DNA from: a virus
DNA length: 64,000 bases
Virus record (IMG/VR): IMGVR_UViG_3300042195_000059
Span: 1 to 64,000 of that record
Direction: 5' to 3' (one strand)
The position numbers and the translations under genes are program-made. The notes beneath the pieces were generated by a model, which saw only the letters and a list, made by a program, of their open reading frames with translations, was not told the origin of the DNA and did no database searches. Of this stretch, positions 51,303 through 60,783 are shown in pieces (within the stretch, counting starts at the first letter, position 1; the number at the start of each line of letters is the position of its first letter).

Positions 51303-51728
51303 TGTCTTGAATTCAGTGTAAAGCCATGCACAAATGGTTTTGTGTATCGCGGACCCTCACCCCAATGGGATGGAGGTGCCATCACCCTATGGGAGAGGGC
51401 TGGATCACCTTCGACACGTGTCGAACATGTTAAGGGAACCCCGTTTCCCTTACCTTAGCGCTGGGATATGTAAAGGCTTCTTGCCCTACAAACGCTATCT
51501 GTAGGGCAATGCGGATTTACTTGCGGTGCGTTCAGTCGAACATTTTCAAATGTGCGCTGTCTCGAACATGCGGATTTATTGGACACGACTGCACGATGTC
51601 CAATAAACTGGTTATTTAACCGGGCGGAAAAGGTACCTTATGGAACAGAAACCGTTGCTGCGTAAGGCTTTCAGGCTGGGTAAAACCGGACAAAAAACCG
51701 GGCATAAATAGTGGTTTTAAACCACCAT

Positions 51729-52082
51729 TTACACCGCCACCCAGACGAAGTAACCAGCCCCGGCACCGGCGATCCCGCTTACAACCAACGGAATGAACGC
51801 CAGCGGCGCGGCAAACAGTGCGCTGAGCGATCCGATCACAAGCCCGATCGTCAGCAGGAGTATGGCAGCTTCGAAATATTCAGCTTTTGCCCGCGCCTGA
51901 TTACGCATGGTGCCCATGCGATCAATCACGGCGGACTGGCCTTTCAGTTCCAGCGTCATGACTTTCAGATCAATGCGTGAGGCCCGCGAGCGGTAATCGT
52001 CTTCCTTCATGGAGACGACGGCGAGAGCGCAGCCGAGAATGACGAGATAGAGCGCGGTGAGGGATTTGAGGCGGTCAACCAT
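51729..52082 (-). CDS. Membrane protein at the end of the lysis cassette
   Basis: 117 aa with an N-terminal TM and two C-terminal TM helices. Confidence 0.4.
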   Translation of the reverse strand: MVDRLKSLTALYLVILGCALAVVSMKEDDYRSRASRIDLKVMTLELKGQSAVIDRMGTMRNQARAKAEYFEAAILLLTIGLVIGSLSALFAAPLAFIPLVVSGIAGAGAGYFVWVAV

Positions 52083-52341
52083 CTTTACAGAAACTCGGCT
52101 GTGGTTTCTTACAGGTGCATGCGTGCTTCCGATTATGCGCCCTCACTCCGTCCGCTGTTGGGATCGTATCATCGACGTGCCACGTTAGTTGCGAGAAGTC
52201 CTCGCAGGCCGTATTAACTACCTTTACGGCAGGTTGGACTTTGCTCGCAGAGCCGCACCCGATCAGGGCGAGCGGCAGGAGTAGGGGGAGTGCGGTCAGC
52301 AGCCTGACGCGCCTGCCTGCGTATGGCGTCGAGTTCATCAT
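52075..52341 (-). CDS. o-spanin (outer-membrane lipoprotein, Rz1-like)
   Basis: MMNSTPYAGRRVRLLTALPLLLPLALIGCGS has an LIGC lipobox. The 5' part lies out of frame inside the i-spanin gene. Confidence 0.6.
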   Translation of the reverse strand: MMNSTPYAGRRVRLLTALPLLLPLALIGCGSASKVQPAVKVVNTACEDFSQLTWHVDDTIPTADGVRAHNRKHACTCKKPQPSFCKDG

Positions 52342-52498
52342 TTGCCTCTTGGATCTGGGTCTGCCAATGGATATCGCGCGCGGTGACCGCTGCGGCTTTA
52401 CCATTTGCCCCGGTGGAATATCCATGTGTCCATATAGAGATGATTGCGCCAGCGCCAGCGAGCGCCGCAATCAGGTACTTGCTTCCAAAGCCAAGCAT
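52214..52498 (-). CDS. i-spanin (Rz-like)
   Basis: N-terminal TM (YLIAALAGAGAIISIW) plus a charged helical periplasmic part. The start abuts the endolysin stop. Confidence 0.55.
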   Translation of the reverse strand: MLGFGSKYLIAALAGAGAIISIWTHGYSTGANGKAAAVTARDIHWQTQIQEANDELDAIRRQARQAADRTPPTPAARPDRVRLCEQSPTCRKGS

Positions 52499-53253
52499 CA
52501 GCGGCCTTTCTCGCGATTGTCGTCATAGCGTGCCCACACGATCAGCAGGAAGGCAGCAATCGACAGCGCGCTGGTCAGCAGCATCAGTTGCGGCAGCGAC
52601 GTTCCCAGATCCTTCAAGACACCGATGATGCCCATGATCTGGGTTTGGCTATCCAAGATCGCCGTGCCGGTCGCGCCCGCCGAGACAATGCCGAGCGCGG
52701 CAGATTGCACCGTCCGGGAATTCATCGCTGTGGATGGCTTCCTGTAGCCGAGCAGCCGCGATTTCGCCTGCGGGGCGATGCTGACCTGATTGGACTGATT
52801 GCCACCCAGCACCTGCACGTTGCCGCCAGATTCGCCGACGTAGAAACCAACGTGCCCCGTCCAGCTTCTGGGATCGCCTCTTGAAAAGACTGCGATGCAA
52901 CCCGGATAGGGTTTGTCCACCGGCTTGCCCCATGTTAGAAAGGAGCGTGCTGCGAGTGACTTTGATCCGGCATATCCGGCGCGCTGAAGCATCGCGTTTG
53001 TAAAGCCGGCGCACCAAGCCGTTTCATCGTCATTGATCTCCGGGAAACCAGCGTCGCGGAAATAGGCAAGCACCGATGGATTGTGCTCCGGCCCGACTAC
53101 TTCCTTGGTCCCGATCTCAGATCGAGCCAGCCTCATCCACTTCGGCTCACCGGACACCGGCTCATCTGCCGACTTCTCCGGCCTCGGAACCGTAGCCTTC
53201 CCGCCGAATATAGCGGCAAAGATCGCCTTGATGATGTCAATCAACCATTGCAT
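52498..53253 (-). CDS. Endolysin, TIGR02594/CHAP-NlpC-P60-like, with C-terminal membrane segment
   Basis: ..EIGTKEVVGPEHNPSVLAYFRDAGF...DETAWCAGFTNAMLQRAGY...ARSFLTWGKPV..PYPGCIAVFSRG....GHVGFYVGE.. matches TIGR02594 as I recall it. Confidence 0.7.
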   Translation of the reverse strand: MQWLIDIIKAIFAAIFGGKATVPRPEKSADEPVSGEPKWMRLARSEIGTKEVVGPEHNPSVLAYFRDAGFPEINDDETAWCAGFTNAMLQRAGYAGSKSLAARSFLTWGKPVDKPYPGCIAVFSRGDPRSWTGHVGFYVGESGGNVQVLGGNQSNQVSIAPQAKSRLLGYRKPSTAMNSRTVQSAALGIVSAGATGTAILDSQTQIMGIIGVLKDLGTSLPQLMLLTSALSIAAFLLIVWARYDDNREKGR

Positions 53254-53276
53254 TCGCTATGTCCTTCTGGCTTTTC

Positions 53277-53302
53277 AAAGAAAAAGCCCCTGAGAAGGGG
53301 CT
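53277..53302 (-). terminator. Intrinsic terminator immediately upstream of the endolysin gene
   Basis: Stem 53285-53291/53296-53302 (AGCCCCT/AGGGGCT), followed on the minus strand by TTTTTCTTT. Confidence 0.55.
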
Positions 53303-53394
53303 GGATTTGAGATTGCTTGGTTCAAGTCAATCTTGTAAAAGACTGCTTCTCATGTTAGGCAATAAATCCATTTATGCCCATAGATGGAACGCAG

Positions 53395-53436
53395 GCCCGC
53401 TCCTCTTTTATCTCAAGAGGGGAGCGGGCTTTCTAA
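53395..53436 (+). terminator. Plus-strand hairpin with U-rich tail
   Basis: GCCCGCTCCTCT (53395-53406) pairs with AGAGGGGAGCGGGC (53416-53429) with one bulge, then CTTTCT. Confidence 0.4.
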
Positions 53437-53497
53437 TGTTTGGATCATGTCGTGTGCGGCGGCAAGTCTGCCATATCGGGATTGCTGGCGTCCATGT

Positions 53498-54217
53498 TCA
53501 CGCCATTTGCAGATAACAACTCACGAGCCCATTGGTCCCTTCGTCGTCCATATCCACAGTCGTGTCTTGCGGCGCTGAATTGTAGATTCTGAATTTCAGA
53601 AACAGGATGGTATCGGGATTAATTTCCCCGCCTGCCGCTGGGGTAAATGTACGTGGGTCAACCCCGCCTGTGCCGTAATATGCAGCGATTACCACCAAGG
53701 GGGCATCACCCCCGGACGCAGCGACATTCTGGCTCGATGGATTTCCCGTTGTGCCCTCGCTGTTGACTGTAGAAGGCGTGATCATTGTCGCCGCCGGAGA
53801 ACGCCGGAACACCGCCAACGCCTTCTTGTTTGCAAAGACAGGATCAATCCCCGCGATTGATGTACTACCTTCGCTTCCGTCAGCCTCCTTATAGCTGACA
53901 ACCATTGCGGTCGTAGCGGAGGGGGTGAAACTAGCAAGCGCAGTAAAGTCCGTCGGCGTAGCAGGAGTGACAGCCCCGAAATCCTGACCGATATCGGCAA
54001 GGACCAGTAAATCGCCAGCCTGAATGTTAGGAGGCACCGTGATTGTATCATCAGTGCTAACGGCTGAATCGAAAAAAAGAATAGCTGCAGCGGACGAAGC
54101 AGCCATCATCAGCCCCGGAAACATCCCCGGCAAAAAGCTCGCCTTCTGAACAGGCGCGGGCCGGATGATTGCAGGCTTTGCAGGCAGCCAGATTTTCGGC
54201 GGAAGATCCCAGATCAT
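53498..54217 (-). CDS. Hypothetical tail-fibre-associated protein
   Basis: 239 aa with a 4-nt overlap with the upstream fibre gene. Confidence 0.45.
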   Translation of the reverse strand: MIWDLPPKIWLPAKPAIIRPAPVQKASFLPGMFPGLMMAASSAAAILFFDSAVSTDDTITVPPNIQAGDLLVLADIGQDFGAVTPATPTDFTALASFTPSATTAMVVSYKEADGSEGSTSIAGIDPVFANKKALAVFRRSPAATMITPSTVNSEGTTGNPSSQNVAASGGDAPLVVIAAYYGTGGVDPRTFTPAAGGEINPDTILFLKFRIYNSAPQDTTVDMDDEGTNGLVSCYLQMA

Positions 54218-55641
54218 GCCGGACTCCCATCAACCGCAGTCACGATGAACTGACCGGTCGCGCGGCAATAAATCGTAAGCAGATAGCCCTTCGTCGTCGT
54301 GATATCGTCGAGCGTTGGCGGTGCGCCGCCATACTCACTGCCGAAAGTAAGCGTGTCCGGTCCGCCATCACTAATGACGAACACCGTTCGGAACGTGCCG
54401 GGGATTTCATTGGTAGGATTGCCGAGAATGCGATTCGTGGTGAGCGTCAGCGTGAAGTTGATTCCCGCCGTCCAGTCGATTGCGACGGTGGCGGCATCTG
54501 TGAGCGCCACGAGGGCGTTCGCTGTTTGCAAATCTTGCGCCGTGATGGCGTGAGCGCCTGATGTGGCGGCGTAGATTTCTGCATCTGTTGCCAGATCAAC
54601 GATGCCTTCTGTGCCCTCAGTCGCTGTCGCGGGGGTTGGTCCAGTTGGGCCGGTCGGCCCAGTCGCTCCCGTGACGCCCGTGGGACCAGTCGGGCCTGTA
54701 ACGCCAGTTGGCCCCGTTGCGCCAAGGTCTCCGGCTCGCGCAAATTCCAGAACGCAAGGATCAGTGTTTGATAGCGTTCCAGCGCTCACGACATGAGTTA
54801 GTGCGAGCTGCGTCCAACCAGTATCGTCTGTACTGGCTCCGGTAATATTATATATCGCAAAATTTGCCGGGTCAGCGATCTGCTTGATATATAGCGTACC
54901 GCGAACCGAATTCGTACTATCATCCCATGCGAGGATGGCGTTGGTCACCGCTGGATTGCCTGTATCAGCAGAATTATCCGATACAGCCGCTGCTGTGACT
55001 GAGGCGAGCGTCGCATTGTTGAGGCGGAAATCACCGGCCCCAGGGTCAGCCATGGCGGTCGCGCTGTCGAACAGGAACCGATAACCGGGATGCGCACCAT
55101 CAACGCCGGTTGGCCCTGTCGGTCCTGTTGCGCCGGTCGGCCCAGTGACACCAGTCGGCCCCGTTGGCCCGGTAACACCAGTGGGGCCAGTTGGCCCCGT
55201 TGCGCCAGTGACCCCCGTTGGTCCGGTAGGTCCAGTTGCGCCAGTCGGGCCTCCTGATGGCCCTGTCGGACCTTCCGGCCCTGTCGGTCCCGTTGGACCC
55301 GTTGGACCCGTTAACCCTGTTGACGCGTCAACCAAGCGCCCGCCAGTCAAGATCAGATCGCCGCCGTCGCCGTCGCAAAATATCGAAAGATGCGTCTCGC
55401 CAGCGAGAACCCCTATATAAGCAGGATCAGCCGTAGACCCCGGCAAAAGCCGCATCGACGTGTCTTTGTCGCCCGTGACCGTACCGTCGCCGAGCTTGAT
55501 CCATATCGCATCCATGTTCCCCTGACGCGAGGTCAGGCGGATCATCGGAGCATCAGCAGGCAGCGGCGGGAGTTCGACGCGTTGATCCGTTTGCGTGACG
55601 GTGATTATATCACCATCACCCAAGGGGGCGAATATCGTCAT
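54214..55641 (-). CDS. Collagen-like-repeat tail fibre protein
   Basis: Two blocks of G-X-Y triplets ([29 protein letters not shown].. and [13 protein letters not shown]..). Confidence 0.7.
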   Translation of the reverse strand: MTIFAPLGDGDIITVTQTDQRVELPPLPADAPMIRLTSRQGNMDAIWIKLGDGTVTGDKDTSMRLLPGSTADPAYIGVLAGETHLSIFCDGDGGDLILTGGRLVDASTGLTGPTGPTGPTGPEGPTGPSGGPTGATGPTGPTGVTGATGPTGPTGVTGPTGPTGVTGPTGATGPTGPTGVDGAHPGYRFLFDSATAMADPGAGDFRLNNATLASVTAAAVSDNSADTGNPAVTNAILAWDDSTNSVRGTLYIKQIADPANFAIYNITGASTDDTGWTQLALTHVVSAGTLSNTDPCVLEFARAGDLGATGPTGVTGPTGPTGVTGATGPTGPTGPTPATATEGTEGIVDLATDAEIYAATSGAHAITAQDLQTANALVALTDAATVAIDWTAGINFTLTLTTNRILGNPTNEIPGTFRTVFVISDGGPDTLTFGSEYGGAPPTLDDITTTKGYLLTIYCRATGQFIVTAVDGSPA

Positions 55642-55656
55642 GTTGTGTGGAGATCC

Positions 55657-56730
55657 TTAGAGGGCGTAGAAGCCGTCACCCCAGAGGGTGGCCAATCTTT
55701 CGAAATGGGTCTGGTATTTTTGCGCGACGGTATCGGTCGAATAGAGACTTACGGCGCGGTCTCGGATATAATGCGGATCGAGATCACGCACAGCGTCAGC
55801 CGCCGCCATGAACTCTTTGAGCGTGTGGCATCTGAACCCGGTCTTGCCGTCTTCGACGGTCTCTGTCGCGGCCCCGAATGGGGTGGCAATGACAGGGGTG
55901 CCGCAAAGCTGGGCTTCAACCGCCACATTTCCGAAGCACTCGACATACAGCGAAGGCATCCAGAGCGCCTGCGCCCCGGACATGAGCCGCCCGCGCTCCT
56001 CCGGTCCGACGACGCCGACATATTCGATATGATCGCCCTTTGGCGGCTCGCCCTGCCCGGCGATGATGAGGCGCTTTCCTAGGCGTTGGCAGGCTTCAAC
56101 GGCTATGCCGTAGCCTTTGCGCTCGATCAACCTGCCCATGAACAGATGGTAATCGTCTTTCTCCGCACGGAAGGGGAAATCCCTAGGATCGAATGAGCCA
56201 GGAATGACGCAATCAAACAGGAGACCATCAATCGCGTTCGGATTGCTGTTTGCCGATCCCCAGCACAGATGCTGCCACGCCGCCGATTCCCAAATCCGAT
56301 ACTTGGCAAAGGTGCCGCCATAGCCGATACTATGTTCGACGGTCATCATGTGAGGGAAAGCGTCGGCAATTTCCTTGTGAGCCAGACCGCCCTGCACGCA
56401 GATGAAATCATGAGGCTGGGCGCGCGCTCTGATACCCTCGATTGCGCGCTGATTAAATGCCCGCCAATGTGGCAAGCTATAGTCGAAACTCGCTTCCACA
56501 AAATGTTTCGGCCCGACCGCTGCGGCGCGTTCTTCCTCGGAGATGCAAGGAATATGCTCTGTGCATTCTGCATCGCTCTCAGGCCCGGCGTAGAGAAACA
56601 CCTCGTGGCCGTTCGTCGAGTGCATCATTCCACAGAACTTCCGCACTCTCTCGGTAAACGCACAAGCTGTGAAAGCTTCCGTAACGGAAGTATGCGGGAG
56701 TCCAACACAGTGTATGCGAAATTTTTGCAT
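55657..56730 (-). CDS. Glycosyltransferase family 4 (GT1-fold)
   Basis: Start moved to ATG 56730 (MQKFRIHCVG..). ..GRLIERKGYGIAVEA...ECFGNVAVEAQLCGTPVIATPFGAATETVEDGKTGF.. is the EX7E-type region. Confidence 0.75.
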   Translation of the reverse strand: MQKFRIHCVGLPHTSVTEAFTACAFTERVRKFCGMMHSTNGHEVFLYAGPESDAECTEHIPCISEEERAAAVGPKHFVEASFDYSLPHWRAFNQRAIEGIRARAQPHDFICVQGGLAHKEIADAFPHMMTVEHSIGYGGTFAKYRIWESAAWQHLCWGSANSNPNAIDGLLFDCVIPGSFDPRDFPFRAEKDDYHLFMGRLIERKGYGIAVEACQRLGKRLIIAGQGEPPKGDHIEYVGVVGPEERGRLMSGAQALWMPSLYVECFGNVAVEAQLCGTPVIATPFGAATETVEDGKTGFRCHTLKEFMAAADAVRDLDPHYIRDRAVSLYSTDTVAQKYQTHFERLATLWGDGFYAL

Positions 56731-56921
56731 ATTTGTTTGCTGCTTGCTTTCTGGCGGATGTTTTGTAGAGTTTGTTGCCGCGTTTTTAAAGCGCTGCAAC
56801 GTGCAATTTGCATCTATTTTTATGGGCAAGTGATTTGTTGGTTTTATTGAAAAAGAGCTTACCATTTTACAGTGCGTGCGCCATGAACTGTGGGGTCAAG
56901 CTTCCCTTGGACACTAAGATC

Positions 56922-57536
56922 ATGTCGAGAAAAGTCCGTCGAGGACTACGCAAGGGAACCTATGAGATTGAAGAGGCTGAAGCAGCCAGAGATCTTTTTC
57001 TCGCAAATGACACTGTACTGGAACTCGGTGCTGGTATCGGCTTCATGTCTAGCTATCTGCGCAAATACACAGGTGTTGGGCGAATTGTTGCATATGAAGC
57101 TGACGCCAGGCTAATCCCTTGCATCGAGCGCACTCACACGCTAAACGACGTCACCTCGATTGAAGTTCACAACGCTGTCGTTACGCATTCAGATGGCTCT
57201 GGAGCACTGCCTTTCTATATCAGAGATGAGTTTTGGGCCAGCTCGCTCTCGCCAAATCAGAAAGGGGTTGTTAATACGACATCGGTCCCAACAAAGAATT
57301 GGGCCGAGGTGCTTGCAGACATCAGGCCGACTGCGTTGGTCATGGACATTGAAGGCGGTGAAGTAGATCTGCTGGAAAATTGCGACTTGGGGTCTATCGA
57401 CCGCGCTGTCATAGAACTTCACCCATCGAGAGGCGGCATTATCGGAATGGCGAAAGTATATACTGCCATCGTTAATCAGGGATTCACTCTCATCAGGGAG
57501 AGTGCAGATCGATCTGTGATTTCCATACGGCGGTAA
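56922..57536 (+). CDS. FkbM-family methyltransferase
   Basis: ..VLELGAGIGFMSSYL...VAYEADARL...ALVMDIEGGEVDLLEN.. The start is uncertain (ATG 56883 or 56922). AT-richer than the flanks. Confidence 0.7.
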   Translation: MSRKVRRGLRKGTYEIEEAEAARDLFLANDTVLELGAGIGFMSSYLRKYTGVGRIVAYEADARLIPCIERTHTLNDVTSIEVHNAVVTHSDGSGALPFYIRDEFWASSLSPNQKGVVNTTSVPTKNWAEVLADIRPTALVMDIEGGEVDLLENCDLGSIDRAVIELHPSRGGIIGMAKVYTAIVNQGFTLIRESADRSVISIRR

Positions 57537-57545
57537 AGGCGCACT

Positions 57546-58814
57546 TTAGTTCGCATTAACTGCATCTACCCAGCCGAGGCAGGCTAACCTGCTTGCGCTT
57601 ATGGCGCCGACCCAAAAAAGATCTGATGTCTCCAGCGTGATATAAGCTACGTTGGAACTGGCAGCGCCTGACCCGGTGTCTAAAACCAGAAAAGGCGAGT
57701 TTGTCGCATCGTCAAACGCACCTGTGTCATCATTGGGAGAAACCATTGTCGTGCCATTGATCGCATGCACACGTACTTGTATAATGGGCGCGGTAGGCGG
57801 TACGTAAGATCCAGTTGCTACCGCGACATAGGTAGGGTTGGATCTATTGCCAGCGACACCGGAAGCCATAATCGGATAATTCGGCGTCGTGGAACCGGTA
57901 ACGACCACATATTGCGCCCGGTTACCGACCTGCCTGACCCTGGTGAACGTCGCGCTACCACCTGTCCGTATCGCCCCGACGCGGTATTTATAGGTATAGC
58001 CGCTCGGCATGGTCGGTGTTGTGGCGGATGTGCTGGCCAGCCCTGCCGTCGTAGTGCCGTTGCTGATAATGAATAAGTTGTACCACGTATTGTTCGCAAG
58101 CGAGCCAGCATCAAGACCATTCGCGCCGGTTCCTGCGCACGCGACCGTAAGGTTGACAGAGCTTATCAAGATCGCGTTGTTGGACGTATCAAGCAGAATT
58201 GCATTATCTGCATCGATATCGATCGAGGTCGTCGGCGTTCCCGAATTGTTGGTGATAACGAGAGCATTGACGGCTGGCAATGCCGCAATGCCGAGACTGG
58301 CGCGCGCCGTCGCCCCGCTCTCAGCAACCCAGTTTGATCCATCCCCGACAATGATATTGCCGTCTGTCGGCGTCAGTGCGGCGATATCGTCGAGTTGATC
58401 ATCATGCGCTTGCACATCCGTTCCGATTACATGGCCGGTTATGTCTCCCGTGACCGTCAGAGCGCCATCGATTTGCGCGTCGCCGGCAACATCAATGTCA
58501 TCGAGCGCAAAGAGCTTGCCTGCATCGTCGATATAAACCCGCTCACTCCCCGCCGTGGCAAAGCCGAGACTGTCCGCGCCCTTCCGGTACATACCGGTGT
58601 TCGGGTCCGAGGCGAAGCCATAAGCGGGCGCTGCCGCCGATCCGTTCGCCCCCTTCAGAGCACCCGTCAGCGTCGTTTGACCGTCAGCCGCTACGGAGTT
58701 CGTGATCTCGTCGCCTGCGTCCGTGAAGTTGGCATTCACAGCCGAACTTGATATTGTCGTCGCTGGCGTAAAGCTGTTTGGCACCGAGTATGTGCCGGAC
58801 CCGTTTCTGCTCAT
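57546..58814 (-). CDS. Tail fibre protein
   Basis: The N-terminus MSRNGSGTYSVPNSFTPATTISSSAVNANFTD...DPNTGMYRKGADSLGFATAG is typical of fibre N-termini. Confidence 0.6.
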   Translation of the reverse strand: MSRNGSGTYSVPNSFTPATTISSSAVNANFTDAGDEITNSVAADGQTTLTGALKGANGSAAAPAYGFASDPNTGMYRKGADSLGFATAGSERVYIDDAGKLFALDDIDVAGDAQIDGALTVTGDITGHVIGTDVQAHDDQLDDIAALTPTDGNIIVGDGSNWVAESGATARASLGIAALPAVNALVITNNSGTPTTSIDIDADNAILLDTSNNAILISSVNLTVACAGTGANGLDAGSLANNTWYNLFIISNGTTTAGLASTSATTPTMPSGYTYKYRVGAIRTGGSATFTRVRQVGNRAQYVVVTGSTTPNYPIMASGVAGNRSNPTYVAVATGSYVPPTAPIIQVRVHAINGTTMVSPNDDTGAFDDATNSPFLVLDTGSGAASSNVAYITLETSDLFWVGAISASRLACLGWVDAVNAN

Positions 58815-58839
58815 ATCATTTTCCTTGTGGCTTGGCCGG

Positions 58840-60471
58840 TCACATTGCCCCCTGCTGTGCTGCGATGTGGTTGAGGTAGCTCGCGATCAATTCCGGCGGC
58901 ACGCCCTCATTGATGAGCATCTGGACTTCTGACGGATCGTTTTGAGGGATGGACTGTGGATCGCGTGGGATCTGCCCTCTTGCCGGGTTCGGTGGCGGCA
59001 TCTGGGCCATGTCATAGGCCTCCTTGGGATACCCGCCGACAAACTGTGAAACTTCCGGCATGTTGCGCGCCGTCCAGTTGCGCGCCATGTTCGTTTCTTC
59101 CGGCGTGTAATCTGTCATTTCAGCGGCGGCAGTCGGCATCATCATCTGCATGCCGCCGCCCATTGCCTTCATCGCAGTCGGGGCATAATTGGCAAGCGTG
59201 TTGGCAAGCTTGCGGCCGCCTGCGTATCCTGTCACGCCCATTGCGCCGCCGGTCAGACCGCGCGCCGTTTCGTCGAGCGCTCCGACTGTGCTCCCGTCAG
59301 CAGCCTGCGCATCGCCTGTTGCCAGATCATAGCCGACTAGCCCTGCAACAAGCGGCCCGGCAACGCCGACTTTCGGAAGCTTCTTGACGCGCGATGCAAT
59401 CGTGCGCTTACCGCCGTGCTCGATATTCGCATCGGCTAGCGCTATCGCAAGATCGGATTTCGTCATCTTGCTGCGGCCGGGGATTTTCAGATCCTTGGCC
59501 TGCTGATACATGTAGGCTTTGGTGCCGGGGGAGAGCGCCGTTGGCTGGGGATCGGAAAGCGTCTTGGCCAGCGTGCCCTCTATGGTCTTTGAGGCCGCTG
59601 GCTGTGCCGGGCCGCGCCTAAGCTGATCAGACTCAATGATGGCGATGGATTTAGCGTCTGGGGCAACGCCGGGATTGACGGCATACGATCCGCCCTTTTC
59701 GAGAATCCCGGTTCCTGCGCCCATCATCCCCCAGCCAAGCGCCTGATTTGCCTGATCCGCATAATAGGAGTCACCGCCCTCATCGCCAAAGGCCAGCAGC
59801 GCGCCCTTGCCGAGCATAGCGCCGCCGCCGATTGTGTGTGGTAGTTGACGGCCAAAGACCCGCAATGCGGAGTTGCGGGACGGCATCGCACCGGATCGCT
59901 CTGCGCCAGTGCGCGCTCCCTTCGTTGTCGTGCGGCCTGCCATGCGATCGTCGGCAACGCCCTGTAGAACCTGATTACGCGATGTCTGAGAAACATTCGC
60001 TTCGCGGTTTGCTAAAGCGCCGAGCTTGCGTCCACCAAGATACCCAGCGGCAGGTGCAAGGCTGTGCGCGGCAATGTTTGAGGTGATGCCCCAGCCTGAA
60101 CCAGCATCCTCCTGATACTGCTTCTTGCGCGCAGTGTCGATTTGGAGCGCTTCCGTTTCAGCATCACCCTTCTTGCCCTGCTGTTCAAGCTGTAGCCGCT
60201 GATTGGCGAGTTCCTGCTCCCGCAATCTGTCGGTCCGCGCCTGCGCTTCAGCCTCTTGTTGATTTGCCCGCTGCTCCAGTTGTCTGGTATACTGAAGTTT
60301 GTACTGGTTGAGGGCCTTGACGGTTCCGCTTTCTTTAGGCTTCTTTCCAAGCGATCCGTCGATTGAGCCATCGTAAAGACCCTTGCGCTGCAATTCTGTC
60401 TGCGCGGCGCGGATCTGTTCTGGCTTGCCAGAATCTATCATTTCCTGTAACTGGATCGGGTCTATATCCAT
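58840..60471 (-). CDS. Virion protein with N-terminal peptidoglycan-binding (PG_binding_1-like) motif
   Basis: ..IRAAQTELQRKGLYDGSIDGSLGKKPKESGTVKALNQYK.., followed by coiled-coil and Gly/Ala-rich regions. Confidence 0.5.
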   Translation of the reverse strand: MDIDPIQLQEMIDSGKPEQIRAAQTELQRKGLYDGSIDGSLGKKPKESGTVKALNQYKLQYTRQLEQRANQQEAEAQARTDRLREQELANQRLQLEQQGKKGDAETEALQIDTARKKQYQEDAGSGWGITSNIAAHSLAPAAGYLGGRKLGALANREANVSQTSRNQVLQGVADDRMAGRTTTKGARTGAERSGAMPSRNSALRVFGRQLPHTIGGGAMLGKGALLAFGDEGGDSYYADQANQALGWGMMGAGTGILEKGGSYAVNPGVAPDAKSIAIIESDQLRRGPAQPAASKTIEGTLAKTLSDPQPTALSPGTKAYMYQQAKDLKIPGRSKMTKSDLAIALADANIEHGGKRTIASRVKKLPKVGVAGPLVAGLVGYDLATGDAQAADGSTVGALDETARGLTGGAMGVTGYAGGRKLANTLANYAPTAMKAMGGGMQMMMPTAAAEMTDYTPEETNMARNWTARNMPEVSQFVGGYPKEAYDMAQMPPPNPARGQIPRDPQSIPQNDPSEVQMLINEGVPPELIASYLNHIAAQQGAM

Positions 60472-60482
60472 GAGGACACCTT

Positions 60483-60704
60483 ATGATTAGAGAGATTGTT
60501 TACGAGGAGACCTCTAGAGGGGTCATGGAGCCCAAGCCATCGCCGCACCAACGCCGGAAGATGCGCGAAGCAGAAAAGCGCAAGGCTGAAAAACGCGAAG
60601 CTTTCTGGGGTAATCTGTTCGGCACTCTTGGCTTGCTTCTGGCATTTGCCATGTGGGCACTAGGTTCATGGCTTGCTTTCGGTGGAGGCGCACGCTATCT
60701 GTGA
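60483..60704 (+). CDS. Small membrane protein, reverse-oriented inside the late operon
   Basis: 73 aa. A basic N-half is followed by ..LFGTLGLLLAFAMWALGSWLAF.. Confidence 0.3.
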   Translation: MIREIVYEETSRGVMEPKPSPHQRRKMREAEKRKAEKREAFWGNLFGTLGLLLAFAMWALGSWLAFGGGARYL

Positions 60705-60783
60705 TTGATCCCTGCCATCCGGCCTTGGACTGGCTGGAATTCTTCGCCCTTAACATCGCCCCGTTCATGATCGTGTATCTGCA

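Noticed and set aside
54214-58814. Diversity-generating retroelement targeting the fibre genes
   Set aside because: I found no reverse-transcriptase ORF (no YxDD-type motif) and no template/variable repeat pair in or near the fibre genes.
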